Assembly: GCA_040954595.2 (NCBI GenBank)
Contig: CM082577.2
Location: 16,251,903 to 16,315,902 of the forward strand
Direction: 5' to 3'
Length of the DNA: 64,000 nt
Source: Balanoglossus misakiensis
Lineage: Eukaryota; Animalia; Hemichordata
In this document: one piece after another, positions 50,256 to 63,170 of the stretch
Numbering within the stretch: position 1 is the first letter of the stretch
Layout of the letters: the number at the start of each line of letters is the position of its first letter
Position numbers and translations under genes: made by a program
Notes under the pieces: model-generated
Databases searched by the model: none
Seen by the model: the letters and a program-made list of their open reading frames with translations, nothing else
What the model was told of the DNA's origin: nothing

Positions 50256-52964
50256 TGTCAGTATTACTTTTTCTTCGGTAGTGTTGCTGTCCCTGGGCCA
50301 AAGGATTGAAGTAAGTATTTATATATTGTTAATGATTTTTCCTTGTGTTTGCGCACAACTTCTATTGGGTAGCTGCCAGGGCCTTGTATCATATGTTCTG
50401 GTTCGCGTTGTGCATGACACATCTGTCTTGTACCAAGAGAATCCATAAGCAGGTAGGTTGTATAGAAAGAACGAGGTACACTGTACACCATGAAAAGATC
50501 CACATGGAGGACAACCGCCAAACGAGTATAAATTACAATCTGTACAAGCGCTTTCAATTTGTCTTTTCCAATACGATTGCTAGAAAACCCACGTCTGCTA
50601 TTGTCATTTTCATGAACGTTTAAGGTCTACCCATAGCTCAGTCAAATGAATTAAAATTGAATGGTAGACAACAATTGAATAGCCAACGCACTAAATTTCG
50701 AGATAAACTCTGTTGAATATGTTCACCCATTGGGAAAACGGAAAACTGTTGCCTTTGTAGTTTTTTTTTATTATGATCGACTAATCTCACGGCCTTGAAT
50801 TTCAAAACCAAGCACGCTTTAATTACCAGGCACTAATAAACAATCAGTGTTGAAAAACACGTTTTGAGACATTTTGTCACTCCATGTATTAGTTACACTT
50901 CAGTAGCTTGCGGAATGGTTTTGGAGTTGGACTGCATTTGAAATATTCAAGCTTTGAATGGAATATTGTGGGTCTTTCAGGATGTTACCCAACATGCACT
51001 GTGAACTGCCATTGTGATTTTGGGGGTTTTCTCTAGAAGGGATTTAACTGTTTACAAAGATTCATGGTGTGTAACTGGTATTGTTTCTTCCACCAGGAAC
51101 ATGTGCCGGCGTGGTACAGCATGAACCCGCAACTGACACCGAGGGACCATTATCATAGAGCGATATGCGATGACTGGATGTACGATGTGTCATCGGAAGA
51201 GCCTGACACAGTATACACAGCTGTGTGGTATTTTGACAATTTCATCGCAAGGTGCCGGGCGTTTCATGTGGAATTGAAGCAATTGGTTGCTGCGACCAGC
51301 CTTTTTACCGCTAGGTAAGGCATCAGTCTGTATTAATTTACTTTCATTAATTGGGTGTGTTTGGTTTTGTTGCGTAAATTCTGTAAGATTGTGCACCTTG
51401 GCAGTAATGCGATAATGGGTTTCTTAAATCATTTACCCCAAGGGAGGTTTGCAAAATGGAACTGTTGATAATGAAATTATTAGATTTTAATTTATCAAGT
51501 TCCAGTGACAACCTTCCTTGGGTGTTTATGAGAATTGTATCCCCTGGTAAAACCTGAAACCAGAGAAGTTGTGCAGGTAAGACTTTTGGATTGAAAACAT
51601 TTAAGTCTGATGTGACAGATATGATAAAAAAATTAGTCAAAATAAAACAAGCATTCTCGAAAATTATACATGCTTCATGTTTGTGTCAAAATAGTAAGAT
51701 TCATCTAAACTTGGGCTTTATAACTGTAGTATCAAAATCATTTTCTTTGTTAACTTCCAACAACATCTAACTTTTTAATCTTATTTTCTGTCTTAGATGT
51801 TAGTAGGTTGGCATAATTGTCTGTATACATGACTTGATTAATTTTTCATTTCGTTGTAGTATCTGGCAGACGTCACCCTACTGTCCATGGATGTACGCCA
51901 GCAGTACCAGCCCCACCACATTGCGGAGGGGTGTGTGCTGCTGGCTGCGAATGTAACACAGGATCCACTGAATGTAAGTTTCTTTGGAACTTCTTGTTGT
52001 TATTTTACCTGGCAATTATATACCTTTGTTATTAACTTGCAATAAAAACAAAACGAACACTCAGTTTATATCAATTAAGTCTTGTTTTAAAGCATCCGGT
52101 GACTGAACATGGAATACTACAAAAGAGATGATAGTGAAAGGGAATATAATTTAAATGCAAGGAGCATGTTAGTGGTAGATCATTAACACTTTTTGTTATG
52201 CAAGATTGAGTATCACTTACATATTGTCATTATTGTTTTATTACAGGAAGCTGATTACTTGGCGGAGCCCATGGAGGCGAATAGATGCCAAGTGCTTCAT
52301 CAAACCATTTCCATAATGGAGGTCAATGCTAGGGAGCTCAGTGAGAGAGCGATATCTTCCAAGCATGCTCAGTAAGTAGAGAGTTTACATACTCCTCACA
52401 GATTCCTTTTTGAGTTTGTATTGTGTATCAGATATTGCACAAAATGTGTCGCATCCATGCATTCAGTGTGTGTGTGGGGGGGGGGGTCAGTTTCTAAACC
52501 TCTCAGTGAACTGGAAATAGTCTATATTAAGTTTTCCTTGCAGGCAATGTGATGGGCACAAAAAGAATGTCGAAACGAGAATTTGTCTCTTGCCACTGGG
52601 CTTCTCGGAGTATGACACCTGGACTCCATGAGAACACTTTCCTTTGATTTTTAACTTTGCTTGCTGGGCACACATTTTATCTAAAATACAAAATCAATGA
52701 GATAGTGAAAATACAATCTGAATGTACGGTAGAAATCAGGTTTTCAGCGTAAAGAGTCACTTCCTGCATGGAATTTGATTGCCATTACGTTCCCGATGAA
52801 TAAATTAGTTGGATCAACATGTTAATGTATGCAGCTGTACAGCTGTTCTAGATGCATCAATATTCGTAACTTTATTTTTTTTAACCAACAGATGTCTCCG
52901 GTTCATGCCATAAAGAAGATACCACGGATTTAAGTAAAATCTGTGTTGTGTCACAGATGCTTTT

Positions 52965-53522
52965 TGTGAACACACCGAGGTGGTCTTCACTAGCCCCACC
53001 TCCATTTCCTTGACCAATCAGCGCCGTTGGTGCTGTCCTTTACTGCTTCGTTTCTGACCAATCAGCTTGGTCTGTGCCCACGGCCCTTAGCGTCAGACTG
53101 GCCGTCCTTTGTTTCCCTACTCATTCATTCATTCTTGCAGTTCTCTGCTCGAGCCAGGTCATGTCGTCTTTCCCACCTCCACCCCGTTCTTCCACCTTTC
53201 CTTTCTCCCTTCATTCCTGCGGTCTGCCTTGGATTTCATCCTGACCCCCATCTCTCGGGAAGTGCACAACCTCCCTCACATTTCGGCCTGTCAGGATGGA
53301 TTCACCCACAGGGCCAGGTTCGACCGCTTGACTGAAGAGGCCCCCTCACATTTTTAGATTACCATTTTTATTTGAATAGCTAGACTAGTGTATTTTAGTT
53401 TTATTGTTCATTTATTGACACTTGCGTTTTTCTCTGTATTTTATTAAGTTTTGTTAAGCGAGTTTCTTGTTCGGGTATTAAAAGCCTTACTTTTACCTCA
53501 ATCCAGTGTGGTGTGTTTCACA
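52965..53522 (+). mobile_element. Probable solo LTR
   Basis: TG...CA with short inverted ends TGTGAACACACC / GGTGTGTTTCACA; ATTAAA ~45 nt before the 3' end; TSD not clean. Confidence 0.55.
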
Positions 53523-54166
53523 AATTTGACTTTCATTTTATTGTTTTTTTTTGTATTTTTCTTGTTTTTAAAATTTACTTGAATGTTTTTTGTTAAAATA
53601 AATATTTTTAATGAAACCTTGAACTTTGCCTACCTGAATCTTTAAAGCCCCATTAGCTTTGCAAACTTAGTAGTATATATATCTACATTGATTAATGGCA
53701 CAACAAAGTCACAGTTTTTGACCTTTTGAGTTCTGCTGCCAGCAATGTGAAGCTTATCAAATTACCTGTTTGTCCAGCATCCATTTGTCAACATTCGCAA
53801 TTGCCTTTCTCTAAAACTGTTACTCCGTTGCTTTGGTATACAATTTCAAATCTGGTGACATTTGCATTATTTTATTTTGCGGGGAACCATTTGCTATTTT
53901 TGGTCAAAAAGTCTATTTCGCAGAAGCTACTTATTGTGGTAGAATTTGCCTAAGGTTGACATCCACCTTAAGTTTTTTTTAACTCAAAAAAGTATAAATA
54001 AAAAAAAGAACAATCTGATCCTGGCAATCGAAAGCTTTGTATATTGTGAGAAAATACCTCCCATTGGAATTTTGAATTTCACTTTTGTTTTCGAACAATG
54101 AGTCTTTAAAGTGTAAGGTTTTCGCATAAATTATCACCTTATGTGCTGATTTGATGGCGGTACATA

Positions 54167-54371
54167 CTGTAAAACACTTTATTTTCGCGAGCAATAAATT
54201 TCCGCGAAATACGCGAGAGCCAAAATAGCGTGAAAATAAAAAGTCGCATAATTTTTTTAAGATAACGATGCAGTGAATGAAATAAGAGAACGCGAAAATT
54301 AATACTCGCGAAACAGTAGCCTCTCTGGATATCACGAAAATTCTAACTCGCGAAAATAAAGTGTTTTACAG
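54167..54371. mobile_element. MITE with 25-bp TIRs and TA target duplication
   Basis: TA-CTGTAAAACACTTTATTTTCGCGAG...CTCGCGAAAATAAAGTGTTTTACAG-TA, with internal CGCGAAA repeats. Confidence 0.9.
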
Positions 54372-55668
54372 TACATGTACATGTATTGTTTCCTTCTTCA
54401 GGCCAAACATCACAACAATCTGTTCACGCGTTGCTCAGTTACACTCTTTTTAAGTTGCACACCTAAGCCAAAAACGTAACACAAAAAACAAATGATTTAT
54501 GTGAACGGCACTTTAAGTTGAAAAAACGACCAAAAAAGTACCTCTTGAGACTAAGTTATTTTCACCTAAGACGTTTTGCAAGTTCATAAATTGGGGGAAA
54601 ATCGGAAAAAACTCCACCATAAATGGACAGAGTACAATAATTAGCTTGGTTTATTTATACAGCAAACACAGGACCGTTAATCCACTACTGACAGCTTCTC
54701 CAAATGACACTACCAGTTTGTCCGTTATGTACATACACTTTTGGAAGCCTATTTTAATCTTATCTGCTTACTCCTACAAAACGTTTTGTAGAAAATTGTA
54801 CATTTGTGGTTGCTTCATTGCCCGGAGTCTGGCTCATTAGTCTACGTTACGGAAAATGATGATGGAAGAGACAGTTCACAATCATGCTGGAAGTTGCTTG
54901 ACAAAGCCGCCTGTTAAACTTCATGTTTCATAGCCGAAAATTTATGCATAGGCATCGTTTGTTTCATCAACCGATTTCATGCATTACATTAGTTGTTTAG
55001 TTTATCGTCGGTTGCGACGTTGAAGGGTACACCAGCACATGTACGTAGTCTTCTTGAGACAAACAGCACTTGAAACAAATCGTCCAATAACCGGGTTTTG
55101 TAAAAAAGTCTCTGTTCTAGTGCAAAGGTTTTCCGTCACCATTTCAGTGTTCACTTTTAGTCTGATCTATTTCATCATAGGAAAATATTAACCCTTCCAG
55201 TTGGCATTTGAAATCTAATCATGCTTTGTTTTTTCTTATAAGATATTTAAGCTATAACCCCAACCTCGGGCAGGTACATGTATACACAAATTTTCTGTAC
55301 AACTCACGGCATACAGCATGAGCCGTTGGGCAAGTCATGTATGTGGCCGATTGTACCCAGATTGCAAAAGGGGTCATTACTATTATATCACAAAATACCA
55401 CAAATGAGATTGTGTCATTCCAATTTCATCAGAATTGTTTTCTAATGTAACAGCAACAAAACTGGGTCAGGTAGTCCGTGGTGAAGTGTAATAAAAATCA
55501 TTACTGGATTCTAATATTTTTGGGAGAAATTATACCAAAGAAAAATAGGTAAATTTCACCAACATTTGAAAAAGTCTGATTAGAGTCACCACATGAAAAA
55601 TGCATCTATATCAAGTTTCAAATCAAAGCTATCCATCTGTAATGGCTACATTATATTAATGTCAACAG

Positions 55669-56034
55669 GTAAAGATTGGAATGGTCAGCTCCATCTTTGA
55701 AGTCAAGCTAGACAGACATCGAAACAGAGGCCTGGTACAGATCCAGGAGTACACTGTACAACAAGAATTCGATGATCTGTTTGGATGTCAGGTTGTACAC
55801 CGGGGAAGGAGCTGCAAATTAGTACCACCGCAAAACATCATGCAAATGGTCAGCGTCATACACGACTGTTGTGGTGGACATTGCCACCTACAGCTTTTGA
55901 ATAAAGTATTTCTAATAGAAAGAAACAACTTGAGACGCCTTAAAAGCGTCTTCAAATGTAATGCCAATCATAATGTATATCAACTTAACCGATTTAGGTT
56001 CACACACCTTAAAAAGACATACGGGGGTGACTAG
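55669..56034 (+). pseudogene. Terminal exon resembling the C-terminus of EnSpm/Plavaka-like transposase proteins
   Basis: VSVIHDCCGGHC...IER...HNVYQLNRF pattern following an AG acceptor. Confidence 0.45.
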
Positions 56035-56593
56035 TGGAAATGTCTGTCTTACAATTCTCCATGACAGTTACTGTACACAGTGAATCAGAGCATGCTGTAA
56101 TTATATTTCAAATGTGGAAAAAAGACAGAGGTCTTTTCAAGGTTTGTCTGGTTCCCTGCCCCAATCCCACCGCTGGCTGTGCTACGCTAAAGGGAAAGGG
56201 TCAGGCACGGCCTATTGTAAACATGGCTCTCATTGGTCAATAAATCCGAGCACTACCTCACTTCACCATACTTAAGGATACGTTATTGTAAGATACTACG
56301 TTTACCGTTCTCTCCTTCACCTCCATGAATGTTTATCATTAGATTTTCAACTATACGACAAATGAAACAACATTTTTAATAATGTATGAGCTTTTTATAG
56401 TGTGAGGAATTTTTATGCATTTTTGACGATTTAATAACAAAATTAAACCAAGTTATGCAGAAATGTACATATATGCTGAATGGAGATTGTGGAAATTGCT
56501 CTGTACATTCAATACCCCATGACAATTTTTTTATATGTTAAATGTATATGTACCGGTATACCTTATTATACCCAATATACCTATTTAAACTTA

Positions 56594-56890
56594 TGAGGTG
56601 GTGGGGGGGTGGAAATATATAGTGACCCCGAAGACTCTCCGAACATCCTTCTGAGGGAGCCGGGGTGGAAAGTGGCGGTCGGGCTTCACCCCAAAAAGGT
56701 AAAGAAACTGACAGGGGAGCTGATGCAGCAGATTCGTGGACTGGCAACTCATCCCCTGGTAGCGGCCATGGGCGAGGTAGGCCTTGACAGAACCGTGCCC
56801 GTCCACGAATGGGGCCAACAAGAGGAAGCCTTCCAACGGCTGTTGGAAGTGGCACCAGAGGATAAGCCAATAATACTCCACACATCAGAG
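56594..56890 (+). pseudogene. TatD-like nuclease fragment, intronless
   Basis: AVGLHPK, AMGEVGLD, QEEAF, KPIILH. Confidence 0.8.
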
Positions 56891-57479
56891 GCGCGAGGAA
56901 GGATTCACCCGCCAGTGACGTCCATGCCCTGGCACTGATGTTGGTTTCGCTCCAGATCTGCTGATTAGAGTAGGTCCTGTGCGAGGCAGCAGTTATCATT
57001 GTATGCTGCACATGTTCAAATATCGGACCTAACCCATTTTCAGAAACTGTGTGACCGATCGCCCTGCAAGGTTCCAGTGTGTTACTGGTGACTGAAAGTC
57101 AGGGGTTTGTTAATGTTTTTTCGGGATTACTTTTTGGATTCGTGATAGATTGCTACAAAAAAGGAAAGTGAAACCCCTTGCTGGAAAAGGGTGGAATAAA
57201 AGCAATATAAAAAGGCTGAAAAACTATTAATCCACTGCAGAATCTGTCATAATGAAACAGTGGATTCATGCGTTTGTTTGGAGGTGAAATTATGGTTCCC
57301 ATTAAAAAAACTTCCAAGCAGTATTCTTAAAAATGGAGTGAATACTGTCAAACACACTTAGACAACGATGACCACATTTGTAATGCTTGCCACTAAAATG
57401 TTCTGCTGTAGCGAATGCAAGCACAGTCTTTCTCTACTATATGTCAATGGTCACATCGCTAGCAAAGGCTACGAAAGTA

Positions 57480-59350
57480 TCACACTGAATACAAAGCTGG
57501 GGAAAATGATATTTAATAAAGCCACCAAAATTGTCTGTCTAAATTGTGTAGAATTTGTAAAGGGCGCAAAGTTCAGTGGCTTTTTAACAGGGTAAATGCC
57601 CCCAAATTGTGTGCATCTCACTTTGATCAAATTTCTACCACATTTGGTATTGACATCAGTAGTGACCAAAGTGAAGTGCATCCAAAATACATATGTTACC
57701 TCTGTTACAAACGTTTATGTAATGAAACTGCTTTTTCAGTCCAGTCTTTTCAAAGTGTTTTGGTCCCTCATCCAAGGGTTGGGCAGTGCAATGTTTGTGA
57801 TCAATTCAGAAATCACAGTAGAGGGGTCAAAAGAGAAAGGCCTGCAACAAAGAAATTAAATGAGGGTCTGTGTCAGCAGCATGATAAAATTCTCACAGAG
57901 GAGGGGAAATCTTATATGGCTGATCAAGTGAGACAATCCCCCAATTTTAAATTTAAAGAATGCTTACTTATGGTTACAGACACAATGTATATTATGTCTT
58001 GCATTCTGCATTGTTTTTGAACTTACCTTTTCAGTTTGTAATATTGGTAGTTCCGAATAGTCCTGTTTCATAAGTCAGGTCCATGACATGTGTACCGACA
58101 TCTGTGATTGGTCCATCTGGTAATCTTAGGTCCACTTGCGGCACGCTGATTGGAGGGACCTGCAAACAAATGCCTGGGGGTATTTATTTAAAGAAATGTT
58201 CACATATGCATTGGCCATTTCAGCATGTTAATGATTTTGCTGATTTAACACAAGAATGTAGTTTCAGTCAATTTGTAGAATATATTTGGAAACCTATGAA
58301 TAACAAACACTTGTAAGATGGTTCAGGGGTGATCGCAGAAAGAACCTAACTTTTACTTTTTCGACTTACTGGGGTTGATGCGAGGAAACTTTCACAAAAG
58401 TTTGTCGCATTAATTGAATGTTTTGGTCAATTTAGTGATAGTCAGAATCATAAGTTAAAGGTTCATGTGTTTGCCTACATTCCTTATCTATTATGTGAGG
58501 CATGTAGCATTTTCCGTAAAGTCAATATCCTTGAGGATGAACTACAGAAATTAGAATATCACTGTGAAAATTACTTCAATGCATGTAATTTGTTCCTTAA
58601 TAGAGTTATCCAACCACATGGTTATTCTGTATGATGAGTTGGGGTTTGGTCTGGGTATTAATACAATGCAAGGCCGTGAAGCAAAACATGAACGATTAAA
58701 ATTATGTAGTGCGACAACCAGTCCATACAATATGTGGTTGCAAATATTCAGACATGAGTTTGTCACACTGATATGGCTTAGGTCAGTTTGCCCTGAAACG
58801 GACAAGTGTAAACCCTCTAAACTTACATACAAGCCACAGAAGGTCATTGATGAGAATCCAGATTTTTGTCATTGTGAGAAAAAAAAATCATAGTGACAAT
58901 GTAATGTAAAATGTGATCTGTGTGAGCATCCTATGATGCATTATATTGGAGAAAGTGTTTCTACTCATACAAGCTTGGACAATTGGCAGGAAAAAAAACA
59001 CTGTCAGAAAGTGATGTGGTAATGTGTCTGCAACATTTAACAAATATACGCAAAAGAAGATTTAAAGGGGCAAAGAAAGCAGCTGCCACACGAGAAACAA
59101 CAAAACAAGAGAAAATATTGTGCATGTGTGGTAGACCCGACAGTAAAGAAAACATGGTACAGTGCGAAAGGCACTGTACCATGTGGTAACATTATAGTTG
59201 TGCTGGTTTATCGGATATTCCCAGTGGTACAAGGATATGCAAAATGTGTAGCCAACAGGAATTTGATGAAAGCTCAAGTGATGATGAAACAATCTGTGTT
59301 TGTGGCAAACCAAATTCATTTGAAAGGATGAGTGACTGAAGGGTTTATTT
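57480..59350 (+). pseudogene. Degenerate RAG1/Transib/Chapaev-related transposase followed by PHD finger(s)
   Basis: CRIC...FGIDISSDQSEVHPKYICYLC...PHPRVGQCNVC (57544-57810) resembles the RAG1 N-terminal Zn region. Core C-terminus GLGINTMQGREAKH...IFRHEFVTLIWLR (58640-58780). PHD CMC...MVQCERHCTMW*HYSC...CKMC (59120-59250) and a second PHD start CVCGKP. Many stops and deletions. Confidence 0.65.
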
Positions 59351-59359
59351 TGTACCTGG

Positions 59360-59830
59360 ACCAGGCAATTATTTTGTTGATGGTGAGCCCACTAAAGAGA
59401 ACCCTATTCCTTCTCATTTCTGTCAACATCGCTGGCGAGATACCAGACTTCACCAAGGAAGAAGAGGGTAGTAAAGAAAAGATGTGACTCTAATACTAAT
59501 CATAATAACAATAATCAAAATCACACCAATGTATACGTAGAGTAGCAATTTTGTGATCCACAGGAACAGAGATCTGTAAAAAAAATTGTACTGCTTCAGA
59601 ACAACTTACAAGAGATTCTGATGTTCAGTTTTACACTGGGCTTAAGAATTGTGCGGCTTTTGAGGGGTTTTCAATTATTTAGCACCTAAAGCAGCAAACA
59701 TGCAATAATGGAAGGATGAAAAGCAGAGTCAAAGAAATACAGTTTCAAATTCAGCTACTTTGCCACAGGAATTGCTTCTTGTTATGATGCGTCTTCATTT
59801 AGCTTTCTCAATTCCAGATCTTCCTTTTCG
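59360..59830 (+). pseudogene. THAP / ISL2EU-Harbinger transposase fragment
   Basis: NYFVDGEPTKENPIP (THAP end), VQFYTGL, QELLLVMMRLHL...DLPFR (HTH_Tnp_4-like). Confidence 0.65.
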
Positions 59831-60277
59831 TTTGTATTGTAAACATTTGTACGGCATCAAAATGTATGGGCACGGGAGGTTTACGTTTACATTCAATCAA
59901 CTGTGGGTTCTTGTACGATTCACTGAATGTTGACAATTTTTTGTTTGGGATTTAAACTATCCATTTAAAAACATACAAGTATAGCAAGTGTCACGCTATA
60001 TGGCTTTGCCAACTTATTCGCTCAGTAAATTGGAAGGGGGGTCTTGGTCCGCGTACAGGTCTGCAGGTTTATGGTGTACATTAGGCCTCTGTGGCGTCGC
60101 TGCACAGCCCTGCTGCACTCATAGACAAATGTGGCCATTGTGCGGTTCTGATCGGGATCGCTCGAGAAAACCTTTTTGCCGAAATTCTGCAAGACTGGGA
60201 ATCAATCTGATGCATGATAGTCAGCATACGTCATACATACATCAGTTATAGTATATGGTTGATGGATCCAAAAAGAA

Positions 60278-61740
60278 TTAAAGCTGCGAGCAGCATTGTC
60301 GGGCCCAAGCGCTGATCTTGAATTATATATGCACAGTATGACTGAGAAGAAACAGAATTTTCTATCGGATGTATTATCTCATGACATAACAAGGATGTGT
60401 GTATTTTTGCTGCTGAAATAGGGTGAAGTAGGTCAAAGGTCACCCAACATTTGGGCAATTTTTTGACCCATACTGGTCCATGTCCAACAAAAACCAAAAC
60501 TCTAGCTCTATTGGTTCGCCTGTAATTAGGTATGTGCATATTTAATGAGGTCAGCAGGTGTCACAGGTGACCCAAAAATGTGGCTTTACATTTTGGTCCC
60601 ATCCTACCAAATGCCATGGTTGTATCTGCTCTGGATGCTGAGATATGCGAAAGTAGGTCAAAGGTCACCAGAGGTCACCCAACATTTGGGCAAAAAATTT
60701 TGATCCTATACTGGTCCATGTCCAACAAAAACCAAACCCCTAGCTCTATTGGTTCGCCTGTAATTAGCTATGCACATAATTAATGAGGTCAGCAGAGGTC
60801 AAAGGGGTCATGTAAAGTAGCAAAATATTTTGATCACACACTAATCCACATTCATCAAAAACCAAACGTCTAGCCCTATAGGTTAGCCTGGAATTAGATA
60901 TGCAGAAATAATAACGCGTGATAAGTAGGTCAAAGGTCATGTGATAAATCGCCAAAAAATTGTAGCATATTTTAGTCACATGACGATTGATATCCATTAA
61001 AAGAATTTGTGTGCTATCAATTTTTAGACTTGAAAAAGGAATTTCAATTTTTCACTGCTTTTTACAAAATCCAATATGGCCGCCATAATCTTCGACCAAT
61101 CACAATGCTCTTTGCAAACTTGATAGACATCAGTATAGTGACCACACTCCCCGAATCTTGCGACTCAGTCATCGGCCGTTCTGGAGAAGAAGATTTTTGC
61201 AGTTTTACTATGGTTTTTCGAAAATCCAATATGGCCGCCATAATCTTCGACCAATCACAATGATCTTCGCAAACTTGATAGACATTAGTTAGGTGACCAC
61301 ATACCCCAAACCCTGTGTCTAGGTTATCACTGGTTCTATAGAAGAAGATTTTTGAAATTTAAGCCAGATTTGAGAAAAAAAATTGTAGCAAAAAAACTGC
61401 AACTTTTACAGCATAATTTCCAATTACAAAAATGATGGGCAGAAGGTAGTCTACCTGCATGCCAAATTTGAAGTTGATCTGACTTGTAGTTTCTGAGATC
61501 TGAGATTTGCATTTTTTCAGAAAATCCAATATGGCCGCCAGGTCACGTGACTAATTAAGTATTCACAAGTCACTGCACATCTACACATTGACCTTGACCA
61601 CTGTAGCAAGTTTGAGCAGTGTACCTGCAGTAGTTTCAGAGATCTCGTTGGCCGAAGAATTGACACAAGAATAAAGAAAGAAAGAAAAATTCCTACGAAA
61701 CCAATAGGGCCCAAGCGCTTGCGCGCGCTTGGGCCCTAAT
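60278..61740 (+). repeat. Non-autonomous element with internal tandem subrepeats and a 3' GC hairpin (Helentron/HINE- or Crypton-like)
   Basis: 14-bp stem TAGGGCCCAAGCGC / GCGCTTGGGCCCTA at 61705-61738; the same GGGCCCAAGCGCT occurs at 60301; internal duplicated blocks; homologous to 1-848. Confidence 0.75.
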
Positions 61741-62859
61741 TAAAAAATCCCCCCCCCCCCCACTCCCATCCTTTATAGGCACAGAAATTGTCACGGAAAA
61801 GAAAGCCACCGGCACCTAGGATTGAGGGCTACAGAAGCAGGAAAAAGTTGAAATATGACAAAAGAAGAGGCTGCTGAGGCTCTTCTGCAATTCTCATCAG
61901 GTTTGTTCAATTTCTACTACTTACCACAATATTGGTAATATCGCAATCGATATTCTGTCATGTGCAAATTAGTTTAACTATAGCATTGGATGAGGTGGTA
62001 ACCCTTTATTAAAGTTCTATTATCTTTATCTTTTAACAGTTTTTCCCTCAAAAAATTTCACATTCGAGTCACCCTTTCTCCTAAATGTTTTTTTTACGAA
62101 GAAAGAAGCACAATTTGTGAAGTTTCCGCAACATATACTAGCGCGAAGTCCTATAAACCAAGGTGTCGGAAAGAGCGTGTCTGTTTACAATCACAATGTT
62201 CACCTTGGGTCAACTGACGGCAGGAACACAGAAAACAGTGACGTTGTGATCCACACAAGACTTTCAGTTCACGTGAACTGCGTGATCAAAACATCCAGCC
62301 ATGTGCTTGCCAGGTTAGTTGTTACAACGCAATGATTCTGAGAATGGCCGATATGGTAAGTGAAAACTGTTTTGTTTTATTCACTACTCTAAAACTTTCT
62401 TTCAGTTTTATGGTTCATACCTTGCATGCGTTTTGTGTGTCTGTTTCATAATCTCGTCGGAGGGCAGTACGAGTGAGTGCGTGTCGCCCGTATTGTTCAC
62501 GTACGATGCAATAGTCGGAGGCGTATAATGCTTTTCAAACATCCGAGTGCTGCCAGATCCACGTATTTACCTCAATTTTACCGTAGATTCATGAATATAT
62601 ATGCTTGTACCAGATACGATTTTTTTCAGGGGAAGTAAAAAAATATAATTTTATTGATGTCTACTTTTCATTTTTACTATTTTGTTTTTACAGTCTTGTA
62701 ACTGGAGCTCCAAGACAAAGTTTTCATCCATAGCTACTTGTATACGAGATCGGTGGTGGAGCTGTAATACCAGTGGAATACATAATTGAAATATATGGAG
62801 AAAAAATGACCACAGCAAAGGAGTATCTGACATCTGCAATATCAAACATGCCTGAGAAA

Positions 62860-63170
62860 TCTGTTTTAGATGCCCCAATCAGTGGAGTTTACTATAGACA
62901 AATAACCATTTGGTTCGGGTGGGTTTTGTGAAGCATTCAGAGCAGTCAGTAAAACTCCTAAATTTGCTACTTCTGATTGGGTGGTGAAAACATATCTTCC
63001 TGATCTTTGTCAACAATAGAGGCAATTAACCAGACTACTGAAGAGCATACCAAAAAAGCTCGGCCAAAAATTTTGCCGAACGACTTCAACATCATCTCAA
63101 AAAGAAAAATGTTTTGCATCAGTATGGTGAAACACTCAAGTACAATCACATTTTCCTCGGGAAAGTAACA
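62860..63170 (+). pseudogene. Alpha-kinase (eEF2K/TRPM6-7-type) N-lobe fragment
   Basis: VEFTIDK/PFGSGGFCEAFRAVS...WVVKTYLP...EEHTKK...KNFAERL...YGETLKYNHIFLGK across frameshifts. Confidence 0.7.

Larger units (their letters stand above)
51097..54453 (+). pseudogene. Divergent cyclin-like gene, spliced, with middle exon(s) missing
   Basis: Exon 51097-51314 (HRAICDDWMYDV...VYTAVWYFDNF...KQLVAATSLFTA) is a cyclin box. Exon 51860-51973 (YLADVTLL...YQPHHIAEGCVLLA) is Cyclin_C-like. Exons 52247-52371 and 54402-54453 are in phase. There is a phase mismatch between 51314 and 51860. Confidence 0.72.

Noticed and set aside
57480-59350. Bona fide RAG1-RAG2 (ProtoRAG) locus
   Set aside because: No kelch-repeat RAG2L, no convergent gene and no RSS-like TIRs were seen; most of the core is missing.
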